Assembly (NCBI GenBank): GCA_000934665.2
Contig: JYFJ02004284.1
Span: 1-33,367, forward strand
Length of the DNA: 33,367 nucleotides
Reading direction: 5' to 3'
Source of the DNA: Catajapyx aquilonaris
Lineage: Eukaryota
Both the position numbers and the translations under genes were made by a program. Position 1 is the first letter of the stretch. Each line of letters starts with the position of its first letter. This document shows, piece by piece, positions 1 through 11,095 of this stretch. Below the pieces are notes generated by a model, which worked only from the letters and a program-made list of their open reading frames with translations, was not told the origin of the DNA and made no database searches.

Positions 1-315
1 CGATCGCCAGGTGGCAGGTCAGTCGATTGGAGACACGGTTGCCATGCTACCAGCTGTTTTTTCCACTCTTCCTAGTATTAAGCTCTTTGGTAATTCAGTG
101 CCATCGCCGACGGGGAAAAAAACAAAAAACATTCAGAGACGGCTAATGTGTCCAGCACTGTACAGACTCTTACCTGACGCATATACTAGTAGGTATTGGT
201 GCAATCATGCTATGGTGGTATTCTCTCCAGTCCATCCAGACAACGCAAACAGGTTTCATTTGATTCACCCTAGTAGTATTTAGCGTAAAATTATGTCACG
301 GTTTCAGCAGATTAC

Positions 316-584
316 CCCACTATTCCTTCCAGATCCAACTCCTAATGGGTCGTCTTCATCTTTGATCTCCCTATTCGTGGCCACCACCATCTCTTCCTCC
401 TCCTCCTCCTCTGCCACCTCCTTCTTGACCTCACAAAGGGTGTCTTCCATGAGCGTAGTAGAATCCTTGTCCAACCATGGTGGCGGTGCTTCCTCCTCCT
501 TCACCCTTAGCCTCCAACTCTCCTCGTCCACTGTGATGTCCTCCTCCTCCTTCACTTCCNCTTTATCCTCAGGATCAAAGACAT
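316..584 (-). CDS. ZF gene A, acidic N-terminal coding exon (ZF exon lies off the left edge)
   Basis: Acceptor ttttgcag|GACC-ATG at 588/584. Encodes MSLILRIK..VKEEEDITVDEESWRLRVKEE..EDDPLGVGSGRNSG, then phase-0 donor GGG|gtaatc. The apparent frameshift coincides with an N at 560. Homologous to the same exon in B, C, D, F. Confidence 0.75.
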
Positions 585-943
585 GGTCCTGCAAAACACA
601 AAGAGGGGAGGTCATGTAGTCATGTCAAGAGTGTAGTAACCCATTCAGGGCAACAATTATACTGCAGAGGAGGAGTATTGCGAGGAGAAGTGCGGGCAAA
701 GGGAAGCTAATAAGACAAGCCCCATCCCCAGGCCAGTCCACTCACCCTCCTTCTCCTTCCACTCCACAGTCCCCACTCCTCAGCCCCCTCCTCCTCCAGA
801 GTGCCAGCGATGTGTGGTCGAGAGGGGAAGAGTCCCTCCTCCTCCTCCTCCGGGTTCCAATCGAACCGAATCCAGGGGTTGAGTTCGATTCCCTCTCCCT
901 GGACAGAATGATGCTGCGGCCCGGTCTCTCGTTCGAGGCCAAG

Positions 944-1110
944 TCACTCCGCCATCTTTGATTCTGTCTCCTTCTCTTTCTTTCTTTTTTTATGCAAATT
1001 AGGGTGCGTTCCTACCCCCGCACCATGTCATGGAAGGAAGGCCTTATGCGCTATCCCTTCCCATTTCAACAATCGCTGCTGCTACTTCCGATATCAACGC
1101 TATTCGCAAC
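944..1110 (-). promoter_or_regulatory. Conserved promoter/5'-leader cassette of gene A
   Basis: Shared with four other copies: YY1/Pho-like AAGATGGCG, octamer ATGCAAAT (992-999), GGGTGCGTTCCT, CTTATGCGCTATC, AACGCTATTC. Exon-1 donor GTGAGT at 745-740. Confidence 0.6.
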
Positions 1111-2031
1111 ATACAGGCTTTGGCTGCAGTAGTAATACTGTGTGTCAAAAATTGTCTGCATGATTCTTACCTTTATTGGAATTTCATAATTACCCTGACA
1201 GAAAACCAACTTGTATATTGGCAGTTTCTTGCCGGAAAAATGGTCCATTTGAACAAAAGTCATGCTTGGCTCAACAAACACATACGTACCGGGTACCGGC
1301 ATACTCCTGCATGGAATATAAAGTTAGATAATAGCGACAGGTACACATGAGCCAAATCGACACAAAGATGAAGTGGTTAAAAATATACTTTTATTTGCGC
1401 TACCAACCTACACCTGAGCATAATCACATACCACATGTATATCACATCATGAAGTATTTTCAAACTAGGGCGAGGTATGTAATGCAGACATTTACTTACA
1501 CTTGAGTATAACGTAGACCTTCTTGAATGTAATGGCCAGCTCCGTGGGTATACGGGTGAGTGGGAGGGGAGGTGTCGGGTGAAAGTGGATGGCCTTTTTG
1601 TGACTTCCCCTGGGTGGATTAGTCTAGTGGGGATTCCAACTGAGATGGAGACAGAGACTACCCAACTCCATATGAAATGGAATGGGCAAAATTACATTGA
1701 ATTTTAAGCAAATGACATACTGTACCCCGATTATTTCTGGAACCTGTTTTAAGGGGGTCATCTCCATCTTCAATGTCGGCCAGGCTGATTGTCAAATTTC
1801 CCAACCAGAATATGTCACTCTCGTGTATGAATTTGCATGTGACGCTTCAAATTTATTTTGTTTCATTTCATTTTGTTTGTGTTACCTCACTGCCCATACA
1901 ATTACGTGTGGGGAGGGAGTTTATTCTCATAGAAAGAAGTAACACAACAAAATGAAATATTTACCACAGATATCCAATTCCTGCATACTACCATGACAGT
2001 GAAATAATGAAAAAAGGAGAAGAAAAAAAGA

Positions 2032-2050
2032 GTGTGTGTGTGTGTGTGTG
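2032..2050. repeat. (GT)n microsatellite
   Basis: Direct reading. Confidence 0.9.
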
Positions 2051-2359
2051 GGGCGGGGGATTGTCTGCATGTTTACATCCAATTTAGAAGGGTGTAGTAT
2101 CTCATCAGTATCCCATTTTTTATGTTCATAGCTAGAGGGGCATCGCTCAACTTCTTCTGAATAGAACTTCAGGCCATCTGATGTGACTTTTCTAATTCTT
2201 CGCATAATAAAAAATTTTCACAAATAAATGAGCTCTCTCTCTTGCGTACGTTTTCCAATCATAGGATAAAAGTTTTTTAAATGCCACAGCTCTAAAGCAA
2301 ATGGCATCCTTTCATGTATGAATTCTCATGTGCATGATCAACCTCCATGCATCAGGAAA

Positions 2360-3382
2360 TTAATTCTGGGACACCTCGCAAGTAACTCCTGCATGAATTC
2401 GAATGTGAGTATTCAAAGTACCTTGATACTTAAATTTGCTGTTGCACACCTCACAAGTAAATGGTTTACTCCCAGTATGAATTTGCATGTGCCTTTTCAA
2501 ATTCGTCGCATTACTCAAGTTTTTCTGGCATACCTCACATGTGAATGGTTTCACTTCTGTGTGACTTTGCATGTGCCTTTTCAAGCTATGTGAATCACGA
2601 TATTTTTTCTGGCACACCTCACAGCTATATGGCCTCTCTCCTGTATGAATTTGCATGTGAGTTTTCAAATGATATGAATCACTAAATTTTTTCTGGCACA
2701 CCTCACAAGCGAATGGTTTTTCTCCTGTATGAATTCGCATGTGAATTTTCAAGTGACCTGTCTGAATAAATTTTTTCTGGCACACTTCACAAGTAAATGG
2801 TTTGTCTCCTGTATGAATTCGCATGTGATCTTTCAAATTACTTGGAAGGGTAAATTTTTTCTGGCACACCTCACAAGTAAATGGTTTTTCTCCAGTATGA
2901 ATTCGCATGTGCTTTTTCAAATGAACTGTCTGAATAAATTTTTTCTGGCACACTTCACAAGTAAATGGTTTGTCTCCTGTATGAATTTTCATGTGAGTTT
3001 TCAAATTACTTGGACGGTTAAATTTTTTCTGGCACACCTCACAAGTAAATGGTTTTTCTCCCGTATGAATAAGCATGTGAGTCTTCAACTTATTTGATTC
3101 ACTGAATTTTTTCTGGCACACCTCACAAGTAAATGGTTTGTCTCCTGTATGAACGAGCATGTGAGTTTTCAACCTACTTGGATGAGGAAATTTTTTCTGA
3201 CAAATCTGGCAGCCATTTCTGTCACTATGAGTTATCATGTGAATATTCAAATCCTTCTGGGTGCCAAATGTTGTCTGGCATATTCTACACTCAAATGAAC
3301 TTCTTCCATCAAATATTCCCCTGCTCCTTTCCTCCTGGATCCCATTCTCTTCTTCTCCATCTTCAGTTCCCACTTGCATGAC
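2360..3382 (-). CDS. ZF gene B terminal exon, 11 C2H2 fingers
   Basis: Acceptor tttcag|GTC ATG, 341 codons, CxxC-x12-HxxxH repeats with TGEKP/TGDKP linkers. The upstream part of ORF 2360..3514 is intron. Confidence 0.92.
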   Translation of the reverse strand, partial: [340 protein letters not shown]

Positions 3383-3650
3383 CTGAAATGTAAAATTGCA
3401 GTACAGCAATTTTAATTTTACATTATTTTCATTGCCCTCCCTCGTGTTCCAATCATCTTCACCTTTTCTATGGCGCTTAAAAAGTGCAACAAATATACTG
3501 CACATACCCACCACTTTGTATTTTCAGTTTTGAAGTGTTATACTTTTGTGCATCTATACACTGAATATTAATGCTATGTAACCTTATCAGTATCAAGTTC
3601 AGCATTCATAAAAATTGATATGGTAAAATGAAGTAATTCCAACACCAAAT

Positions 3651-3995
3651 TATTATTATTATTATTTTTTTTTTTGCATTACCCCATTGGGAGTTACATT
3701 TCCTTTAGGGGGGTGGAATACCACCATTTGGGTGGAACCGGTATACTAAGATAGTATTTAGTGTGTTCCAAGGGTAGGTAGGAGGGGATGTGCAAAGTGC
3801 GTGTGCAATGTCGTTGATGTGCCGTTTTGTGAACTCCCCCGGGTGGCATATGTGAAAGGATCGCCACCCGAAACGAAGCCAGAGACGGTCTCACTCTGCG
3901 CGAGATGAAGGGGGGAACCCCGGGTTGGGATCGAACCCGGGACCTTAACATCCGCGGGCGCATACGTTACCGCAGCGCCACTTCGCCTCCCCGAG
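3651..3995 (-). mobile_element. tRNA-derived SINE
   Basis: Minus-strand A-box TGGCGCTGCGG and B-box GGTTCGATCCC, A/TAA tail, 12-bp TSD CCAACACCAAAT at 3639-3650 and 3996-4007. Confidence 0.85.
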
Positions 3996-5146
3996 CCAAC
4001 ACCAAATATAAAAACATACAATAGTACTTGAAACAGAGATTTTCTTGTAGCACTTCATTATTTTCCAAGATGTTGTAGCGTAGAATGTGATTTTCAGATA
4101 TTCCAAGCCCAGGTATGGTTCCGTAGTCATATTTTTTCGCTGTTTAAAATTTTAAATCATAAGGATAAAATATTAGTGTTGCTAGTGTATTAAATCAAGT
4201 ACATGTTCATACTTCTGTAATACACTATATTATAATGAGAACGAGTTCATTTACTAGGGACATCAATTTTTTTCAAAGGCGTGAGTTGCAAACTTGTAAT
4301 TGAAATAATAAGCTCTTTGTATCTAACAGTAGCAGTAATTAAGAAAATACAGATATTTGTACTTCTTACCTATACATTAACCAGGTGCCACCAATGTGAC
4401 ACACCGATCTCGATGCTTCACTTAATCTGACATTTAGAGCAAAACATATGCATTCTTTGTATGTTATTTGGCTTTTAAATGTTACATTACGTCACCCTGT
4501 GTATTTTTACTCCTGATATAACATTCAGTATTAATTTTTCGCCTCCCCTTCTCGACTATAACATACCATTTCTTGGCCCCTTGGTGGGAAAATTAGCTGC
4601 TTTCGATTACCCACTGCAAGCTTCCCATGCTTAGGAAGAAAGAGAATACTGAAGCAGCTGAGTCATTTTTGCATCTGTCACTTATCTAAGCTTCCTACTT
4701 GCAAGTTCTGCATCTCAAGGTTGAGGCACACATGTGCTCCACTCAATGTTTCTGGTAGTCTTAATGAACTCCCTTCCTTGTGCTGGGCTGCCTTTGGTTC
4801 CCAGCTATTTTATTGGGTCACACTCTACGTGAATGAGGCACTTGTCAGTGAGACAAAGACAGCCAAAATGTCATGAAGCGAATTTAATATGACAATTTTT
4901 CTGGCCAACAAGGAGATGGCAGAAGAAAATTACTGGTTTTTTTGGTACTGCAAACATGGCGATTTGTCCATAATTAACAGACTGATATCTGGGGTCCCTT
5001 GAAGGCCATTACATATGGAGTCCAAATGTCCAATGTACACGAAAACCCTCTTCACAGTTTAGTCAGCATATCTGATAAAATAGTCAAACATCACGAGTGT
5101 GTTTCATGGGAAACCATCACAAAGTGGTTGAGTAAATGGAGCAGGA

Positions 5147-5438
5147 GCACTGAAGCAGTGGTGGCGGAGGGGATATGGTATCCGACTGCTAATCGGGAGG
5201 TCCTGGGTTCGAATCCCGGTGCCGGCAACTCCAACTGTGGTTTTCTGTGGTCTCCCACGGTTCCTCCTGGAGAATTCCGGAGTTGTTTCCTAAACTAATA
5301 GGCCACAGCCGCCTCCTTCCTTTCCTATTCTATCCCAAAAAGCGCAGTAAAAGCGAAACGAAGAGTTCCAGTTAATAATAATAATAAAAAATCCCCCCCT
5401 AAAGAGACGCCGGCTGATAACAGGGTATGAATTATGAT
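5147..5438 (+). mobile_element. tRNA-derived SINE (second family)
   Basis: A-box-like TGGCGGAGGGG, B-box GGTTCGAATCCC, TSD TAAATGG(A/C)GCAGGA at 5133-5146 and 5439-5452. Paralogous introns (~10128, ~19407, ~25198) show the empty site. Confidence 0.85.
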
Positions 5439-5539
5439 TAAATGGCGCAGGATTGTGGATATTTCCAAAGCATTTTTCCAAGCCTGGTTGCTTGAATTGG
5501 ATTGATGAAATTATGCTGCAATTTCAGCAGTTTACTTAC

Positions 5540-5800
5540 ACCACTACTTCCAGAACCTCCTCCCAAAGGGTCGTCTTCCTCATCACTCTCCCTGGGCATG
5601 TCCACCACCATCTCCTCCTCCTCCGCTTCTTCCTTCTTGACCTCAAGGAGAGTGTCTCCCATGAGCGTAGCAGACTCACTGTCCAGCCATGGTGGTGGTG
5701 CTTCCTCCTCCTTCACCCTTAGTCTCCAACTCTCCTCGTCCACTGTGATGTCCTCCTCCTCCACTTCCTCCTTCTTTATCTTCTGCAGGATCAAAGACAT
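5540..5800 (-). CDS. ZF gene B acidic N-terminal coding exon (87 codons)
   Basis: ttgcag|GACC-ATG; MSLILQKIKKEE..EDDPLGGGSGSSG; donor GGT|gtaagt is phase 0 and in frame with the 3382 acceptor. Confidence 0.85.
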
Positions 5801-5932
5801 GGTCCTGCAAGCACAAAGAGTGGAGGCACCAAAAGGTTCCAGGCCACTCCGAGCAGCCGGATCCAAGCCCGTTGCAATACTCACCGTGGTGTGCCCAACA
5901 CACTTCGAGAGAATCGACGGGAATGATGCTCA

Positions 5933-6100
5933 TCAGGCGGCCAGCTTTCTTTCTCTTTTCTTTTTCTTTTTTATGCAAATGAAGGGTGCGTTCCTGTCGC
6001 CACACCAGTAGGGGGGGAAGGACGGGCTTATGCGCTGTCGCTCAGGAGTAGCCGCTACTGGCGCAGAGCTGCTACTTCCTCCAGCAACGCTATTTCACAA
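5933..6100 (-). promoter_or_regulatory. Conserved promoter/5'-leader cassette of gene B
   Basis: Octamer ATGCAAAT 5973-5980, GGGTGCGTTCCTGTCGCCACACCA, GGACGGGCTTATGCGCT. The YY1-like ATG is changed to CTG. Exon-1 donor GTGAGT at 5884. Confidence 0.6.
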
Positions 6101-7125
6101 GTCGCTGCGCTTGTCTTACGTTTGGCGTGAAAATTTCATTGTCCGGGTTGGGGGGGCTATTCCACATTTCGGGTCAACTGTGCATCGACAAAGAGGAAAG
6201 GGTAGAAAGAAAATCACAATGAATGTCAATATGTCTCGCAAAGAAACACTATAGTAGTACATATACGTATATTATACAACATATGAACAGTAGTAGCCTA
6301 CTTATGTAGCCCTTTCTTGCGAGACATGTTGGAATTCTTTAGGACTTTCATTTCCAGAAGTCACACCAATTAAAATATGCTAAACATTTTATTGTTCCGA
6401 TAAAACCTGATTGAAAGCAGCATACACTCTGCATGTATACAGTACTACTGGCATAGTTACGAAGATATAGTAAATCATGTATTTGAAGACAAATGATACA
6501 ACATGATGCAAGATTGAACTTGATTTGTATGAGATACGAGGGTGTTAAGATGAATTTTGTGACATGCGGGGTGACTTTGTGACATCAACTTGTCACAATG
6601 ACAGTCCAAGGATACTGTTTACTGTTTTAACCTATGGTTTGTTCCTTTAGGGTACTGTGCCACTCCATATTATACACATCCAAATTAGAATCCACAGAAA
6701 TTAGCCGCCAAGGACATTACGAAATGAAGGACCTGAACTAATAGACCAAAAACATTACATAATGTTTTTCATAGTACTAGATTATATTATTTATGGCCAA
6801 CACTAATAGCAGGATAGTGGCATATCATTACCCGTTACTGAGTGTCAGAATAGAAGTATTGCAATAGTTGCTACTGAGGAGTCAGTTATATGCAAAGATA
6901 TCTGCTATATCTTTGGTTAGACTGTAATGTCGGTAAGAACAATTTAAATAGTTTCCAACCCAGCACCGCGACGGACGGGCCTACCGGATAGGCGATGTTC
7001 GGAGGATCGGGGATGCAGGCCGGATGGATGATATGCGACCAGCACACGTCTACTTCCAAATTTGGCCACGAGAAGGGAGGAAGGTCAGCTCTCTCGAAAT
7101 CGCTAGGTAGAAAGGACGCTCTAGT

Positions 7126-7299
7126 TTCTTTCGTGTACGAATTTGCAGATTTGTATTCAAATATCGCTTGCCAAGTTACTTTTCTCTGGAACACTTCACA
7201 ATTCCATGGTTGTTCTCCTGTATGAATTCGCATGTGAGATTTCAAATAACAAGAATCACGGAACATTTTCTAACACACCTCACAAGTGAATGGTTTGTC
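7126..7299 (-). pseudogene. Eroded zinc fingers downstream of the gene C stop
   Basis: In-frame continuation [37 protein letters not shown] after a GGA>TGA change. Confidence 0.8.
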
Positions 7300-8793
7300 T
7301 CATGTATGAATTTTCATGTGAGATTTCAACTTCCTAGATTCACGAAATTTTTTCTGGCACACCTCACAAGCGAATGGTTTTTCTCCTGTATGAATTCGCA
7401 TATGAGTTTTCAAATGACTGGAATGACGGAACTGTTTCTGGCACACCTCGCAAATAAATGGTTTTTCTCCTGTATGAATTCGCATGTGGCGTTTCAAACA
7501 ATATGAATCACGCAACTTTTTCTGGCACACCGCACAAGTAAATTGTGTGTCTACTGTATGAATTCGCATATGTGTTTTCAAATGACTGGTATCACGGAAC
7601 GTTTTATGGCACGCCTCACAAGTGAATGGTTTGTCTCCTGTATGAATTTTTATGTGAGATTTCAACTTCCTAGATTCACTAAATTTTTTCTGGCACACAT
7701 CACAAGCGAATGGTTTGTCTCCTGTATGAATTAGCATGTGTGTTTTCAAATGACTGGAATTACGGAACTTTTTCTGGCACACCTCGCAAGTAAATGGTTT
7801 TTCTCCTGTATGAATTCGCATGTGAGTTTTCAAACCATATGAATCATGGAACCTCTTCTGGCACACCTCACAAGTAAATGGTGTGTCTCCTGTATGAATT
7901 CGCATATGTGTTTTCAAATGACTGGTATCACGGAACTTTTTCTGGCAGACCTCACAAGTGAATGGTTTGTCTCCTGTATGAATTTTCATGTGAGATGTCA
8001 AATAACTTGATTTACGAAATTTTTTCTGGCACACTTCACAGGTAAATTGTTTTTCTCCTGTATGAATTTGCATGTGTGTTTTCATATGACTGGAATCACA
8101 GAACTTTTTCTGGCACAGCTCACAAGTGAATGGCTTGTCGCCTGTATGAATTTGCATGTGTCTTTTCAAAGTGCTGGAATGGCGGAACCTTTTCTGGCAC
8201 ACCTCACAAGCGAGTGGCTTTTCTCCTGTATGAATTAGAATGTGGAATTTTAACTTCCTAGATTCACAGAATTTTTTCTGGCACACCTCACAAGTGAATG
8301 GTTTGTCTCCTGTATGAATTCGCATGTGCGTTTTCAAATGATTGGAATTACGGAACTTTTTCTGGCACACCTCACAAGTAAATGGTTTTTCTCCTGTATG
8401 AATTCGCAAGTGGAATTTCAACTTCCTAGATTCACGAAATCTTTTCTGGCACACCTCACAACTAAATGGTTTGTCTCCTGTATGAATTAGCATGTGATTT
8501 TGCAAGGTACTGCGATTTCTAAAGTTCCTCTGGCACACCTCACAAATAAACTGTTTTTCTCCTGTGTGAATTCGCATGTGGATTTTCAACCAATGTGAAT
8601 TACTAAATTCCTTCTGGCAAAGAAGGCAGGTTTCAAAGTGCGTTCGCATGTGAACCTTCACATCATCCAGGGAACCAAATATTTTCTGGCATATTCTGCA
8701 CTCAAATGGATTTCTTCCATCACACATTCCCCTGCTCGTTTCATCCTGGATCACATTCTCTTCAACTCTGCCAGTAGTTCCCATTGTCACAAC
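7300..8793 (-). CDS. ZF gene C terminal exon, 17 C2H2 fingers
   Basis: Acceptor ttccag|GTT, 498 codons of tandem C2H2 repeats. Confidence 0.92.
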   Translation of the reverse strand, partial: [497 protein letters not shown]

Positions 8794-9760
8794 CTGGAAA
8801 GGAAAATACTATACATCAATTTTGATTTTCCAGTGTGCATCTTGTGAGGCGCCGGATACCTATGCGATTTTTCAGAATCGCGGGCCAAGTTTGGCCGAGT
8901 CACGGGTGCAGCATTCCCTTCGCACCGCCGGTGCGGGTGTTTCTCTGGAGGTACGGACATGAAATTTTACAGCATGGCCAGGAAGGGCCAATTGAGCCAC
9001 CAACTATCTATTAGAATAATATTGCGAGATCTACAAGGGGAGGATTTGAACCTAACTCCCACAACACACATATTCCAGAAACGTCTCACTACTCGGGCTT
9101 CAACAATGAATATTTATCAGCATCAATAACAATATATCAACAATTACTCCTTTTCCAAGTTCGCAATCCCATGGAAATGCTCTTATGCAAGAATACCTAG
9201 CAAATTAATGCACTGGGATTGCATCTATGTATCTTACGCCTCTCTTTTTTACTCGTCCCATCGCAGTAAATTATTCAACTAATCTGGCAATATTACACTA
9301 ATATATTGGCCACCTCACGTGAGTATGGTATGGTAATTCTGGGATTTTGTGAGATTTGAAATTACACTTCCAGACACAAATAAATACAACAAATACAGTT
9401 TTTACAAAAATTACTCAGTGTTGAAAACAAAACTTCCCACCACACATATGTAGGTACATTTCAAAAGTTATTCTGGGCAAACATATGGAACGAAGTGGGG
9501 GTGTGAGGTGGCATTGGGGGGTCAAGGGGTCAAAGATTCTGAAACAACAACATGGCTATGCAGCCTTATCCTGGGCCAACTCCATCCGCATTTTATCTGC
9601 GTCGACTATGCTGTAAGTGTAACCGAAGCAGGTAATCACTCACAGATTGCGACAAACTTTAGCTTATTGTGATATGTGAATGCAAGGAGGAACGGGTGAG
9701 GGTGGGTGGCGTGAATATACTTGGCATCGTCACTGGCAATATAAGTCCGAAGCGATTGAC

Positions 9761-9867
9761 AATATGGTAGGCACAGTAGGCCGCAGGCCTAGAAAAGAGC
9801 GAGCGAAGCGAGTGGTTTTCTAGGCCAGCGCCCTAGGAAAATGCGAGTGTAGCGAGGGTTTTCCTAG
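9761..9867 (+). mobile_element. Dispersed repeat, probable Helitron-type 3' terminus
   Basis: GAGCGAGCGAAGCGAG motif, GC-rich palindromic pieces, ends CTAG|T. An inverted copy lies at 16376-16484. The family call is an inference. Confidence 0.5.
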
Positions 9868-10237
9868 TGCAGGTTTAAACTCAATAGTTTAAATAGTATT
9901 TGCACAAGGGCCTTACAGATTGAACAAGGTTCTGGGAAAACAACAAATCAAGGTTTCACTATTATACAGTACGTAGAACACTAGGAAACCATCATCATCC
10001 TGAGAATATTGTGATGAAGATGATAAATTGATAACTACTTATTGAAAAGTAGGCTTATTCGATAAAATAGTCAAACATCATGACGCGATGTTTCAAGAGC
10101 AAACATTAACACCACCAAGTGATGGAGTAAATGCAGCAAGAATGTGGCAATTTCTTTAAAGCATCTTTCCAAGCCTGGATTTATGATTTGGTGTCACTTC
10201 AGTGTAAAATTACATTGCATTTTCAGCATATACGTAC

Positions 10238-10504
10238 CGCACTAATGCTTCCGGAACCTCCTCCTAAAGGGTCTTCTTCATCTTCAACCACCCTCGGAAT
10301 GGCCACCACCATCTCCTCCTCCTCCTCCGCTTCCTCCTTCTTGATCTCACAAAGGGTGTCTTCCATGAGAGGGGAGCCATCATGAGAGCAAGAAGGGGCC
10401 TCCTCCTTCAACCGCAGCCTCCAAGTCTCCTCCGTTGTGATCCCACAGTCATCTCCTCCTTCCTCCTGCTCCTCTTCCTTCTTTATCTTCAGGATCAAAG
10501 ACAT
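10238..10504 (-). CDS. ZF gene C acidic N-terminal coding exon (89 codons)
   Basis: ttttgcag|GACC-ATG; MSLILKIKKEE..EEDPLGGGSGSISA; donor GCG|gtacgt, phase 0. Confidence 0.85.
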
Positions 10505-10775
10505 GGTCCTGCAAAACAATGCTGAAAGTAATAATTACATGCATGTCAAGGAGTGTCCCAATCAAGCCAGCTGCAGAGGAGCAGCAATCCTCTGGTGCGT
10601 GGGGAAAGGGAAAAAAACACGGCAGCATGGCAGCTACACAAAAGAGGTGGTCTATTGTTGGGTTCGCTGCAATGCAATACTCACCTCCTAAGAATGCGTA
10701 GTTATTCACCTGCTTGAGCTGCGAGGTCAGGACGAGGTCAAGACAACGGTTACTTGGAAAGAATCAATAGAACGC

Positions 10776-10940
10776 TCAGGCGGCCATCTTTGATTTCTCT
10801 TTTCCTTTTTTTTTTTTTGCAAATGAGGGGTGCGTTCCTGTCGCCACACCAGAGTCAAGGACGGGCTTATGCGCTATCACTACATGTCGACAATCGCTGC
10901 TACTGGTGCGGAACTGCTACTCTCCTCCATTTCACCGCTA
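10776..10940 (-). promoter_or_regulatory. Conserved promoter/5'-leader cassette of gene C
   Basis: CAAAGATGGCCGCC, TTGCAAAT, GGGTGCGTTCCTGTCGCCACACCAG, GGACGGGCTTATGCGCTATC. Candidate donors GTGAGT (10684) and GTGAAT (10709). Confidence 0.6.
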
Positions 10941-11095
10941 CTCAGGTTCAGCGTTCAGGATCACAACGGGGTTGGGGTACTTTCCGGCTACATCAGACAT
11001 GGAAGGTTACTTATGGAGATGTCCTTTAATAAAACATGACAAAATGTTTTTCATATTATATTATAAATGCTCAATTTCATGAAATAATTATATCA

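Noticed and set aside
560..560. Apparent frameshift in gene A acidic exon
   Set aside because: Falls on an N where paralog F has about 8 bases; most likely an assembly gap rather than pseudogenisation.
742..942. Arg-rich ORF in gene A exon 1
   Set aside because: Begins at TTG, is not conserved in paralogs, and is best read as 5' UTR.
3383..3514. N-terminal extension of ORF 2360..3514, and GTG/TTG starts of other ZF ORFs
   Set aside because: Intronic read-through or non-ATG calls; each exon begins at a conserved YAG|GT acceptor.
5147..5230. tRNA-like A/B boxes here and at ~3920-3990, ~14085-14150 and ~28885-28945
   Set aside because: No complete cloverleaf; each is followed by a SINE body and tail and flanked by TSDs, so these are SINE heads.
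6950..7124. GC-rich segment ending CTAG|T behind gene C
   Set aside because: May be a TE fragment, but no clear terminal hairpin, TSD or second copy supports a call.
7300..8790. 84-bp periodic repeats with variable segments, superficially CRISPR-like
   Set aside because: They translate as C2H2 fingers in a spliced eukaryotic context; no cas genes.
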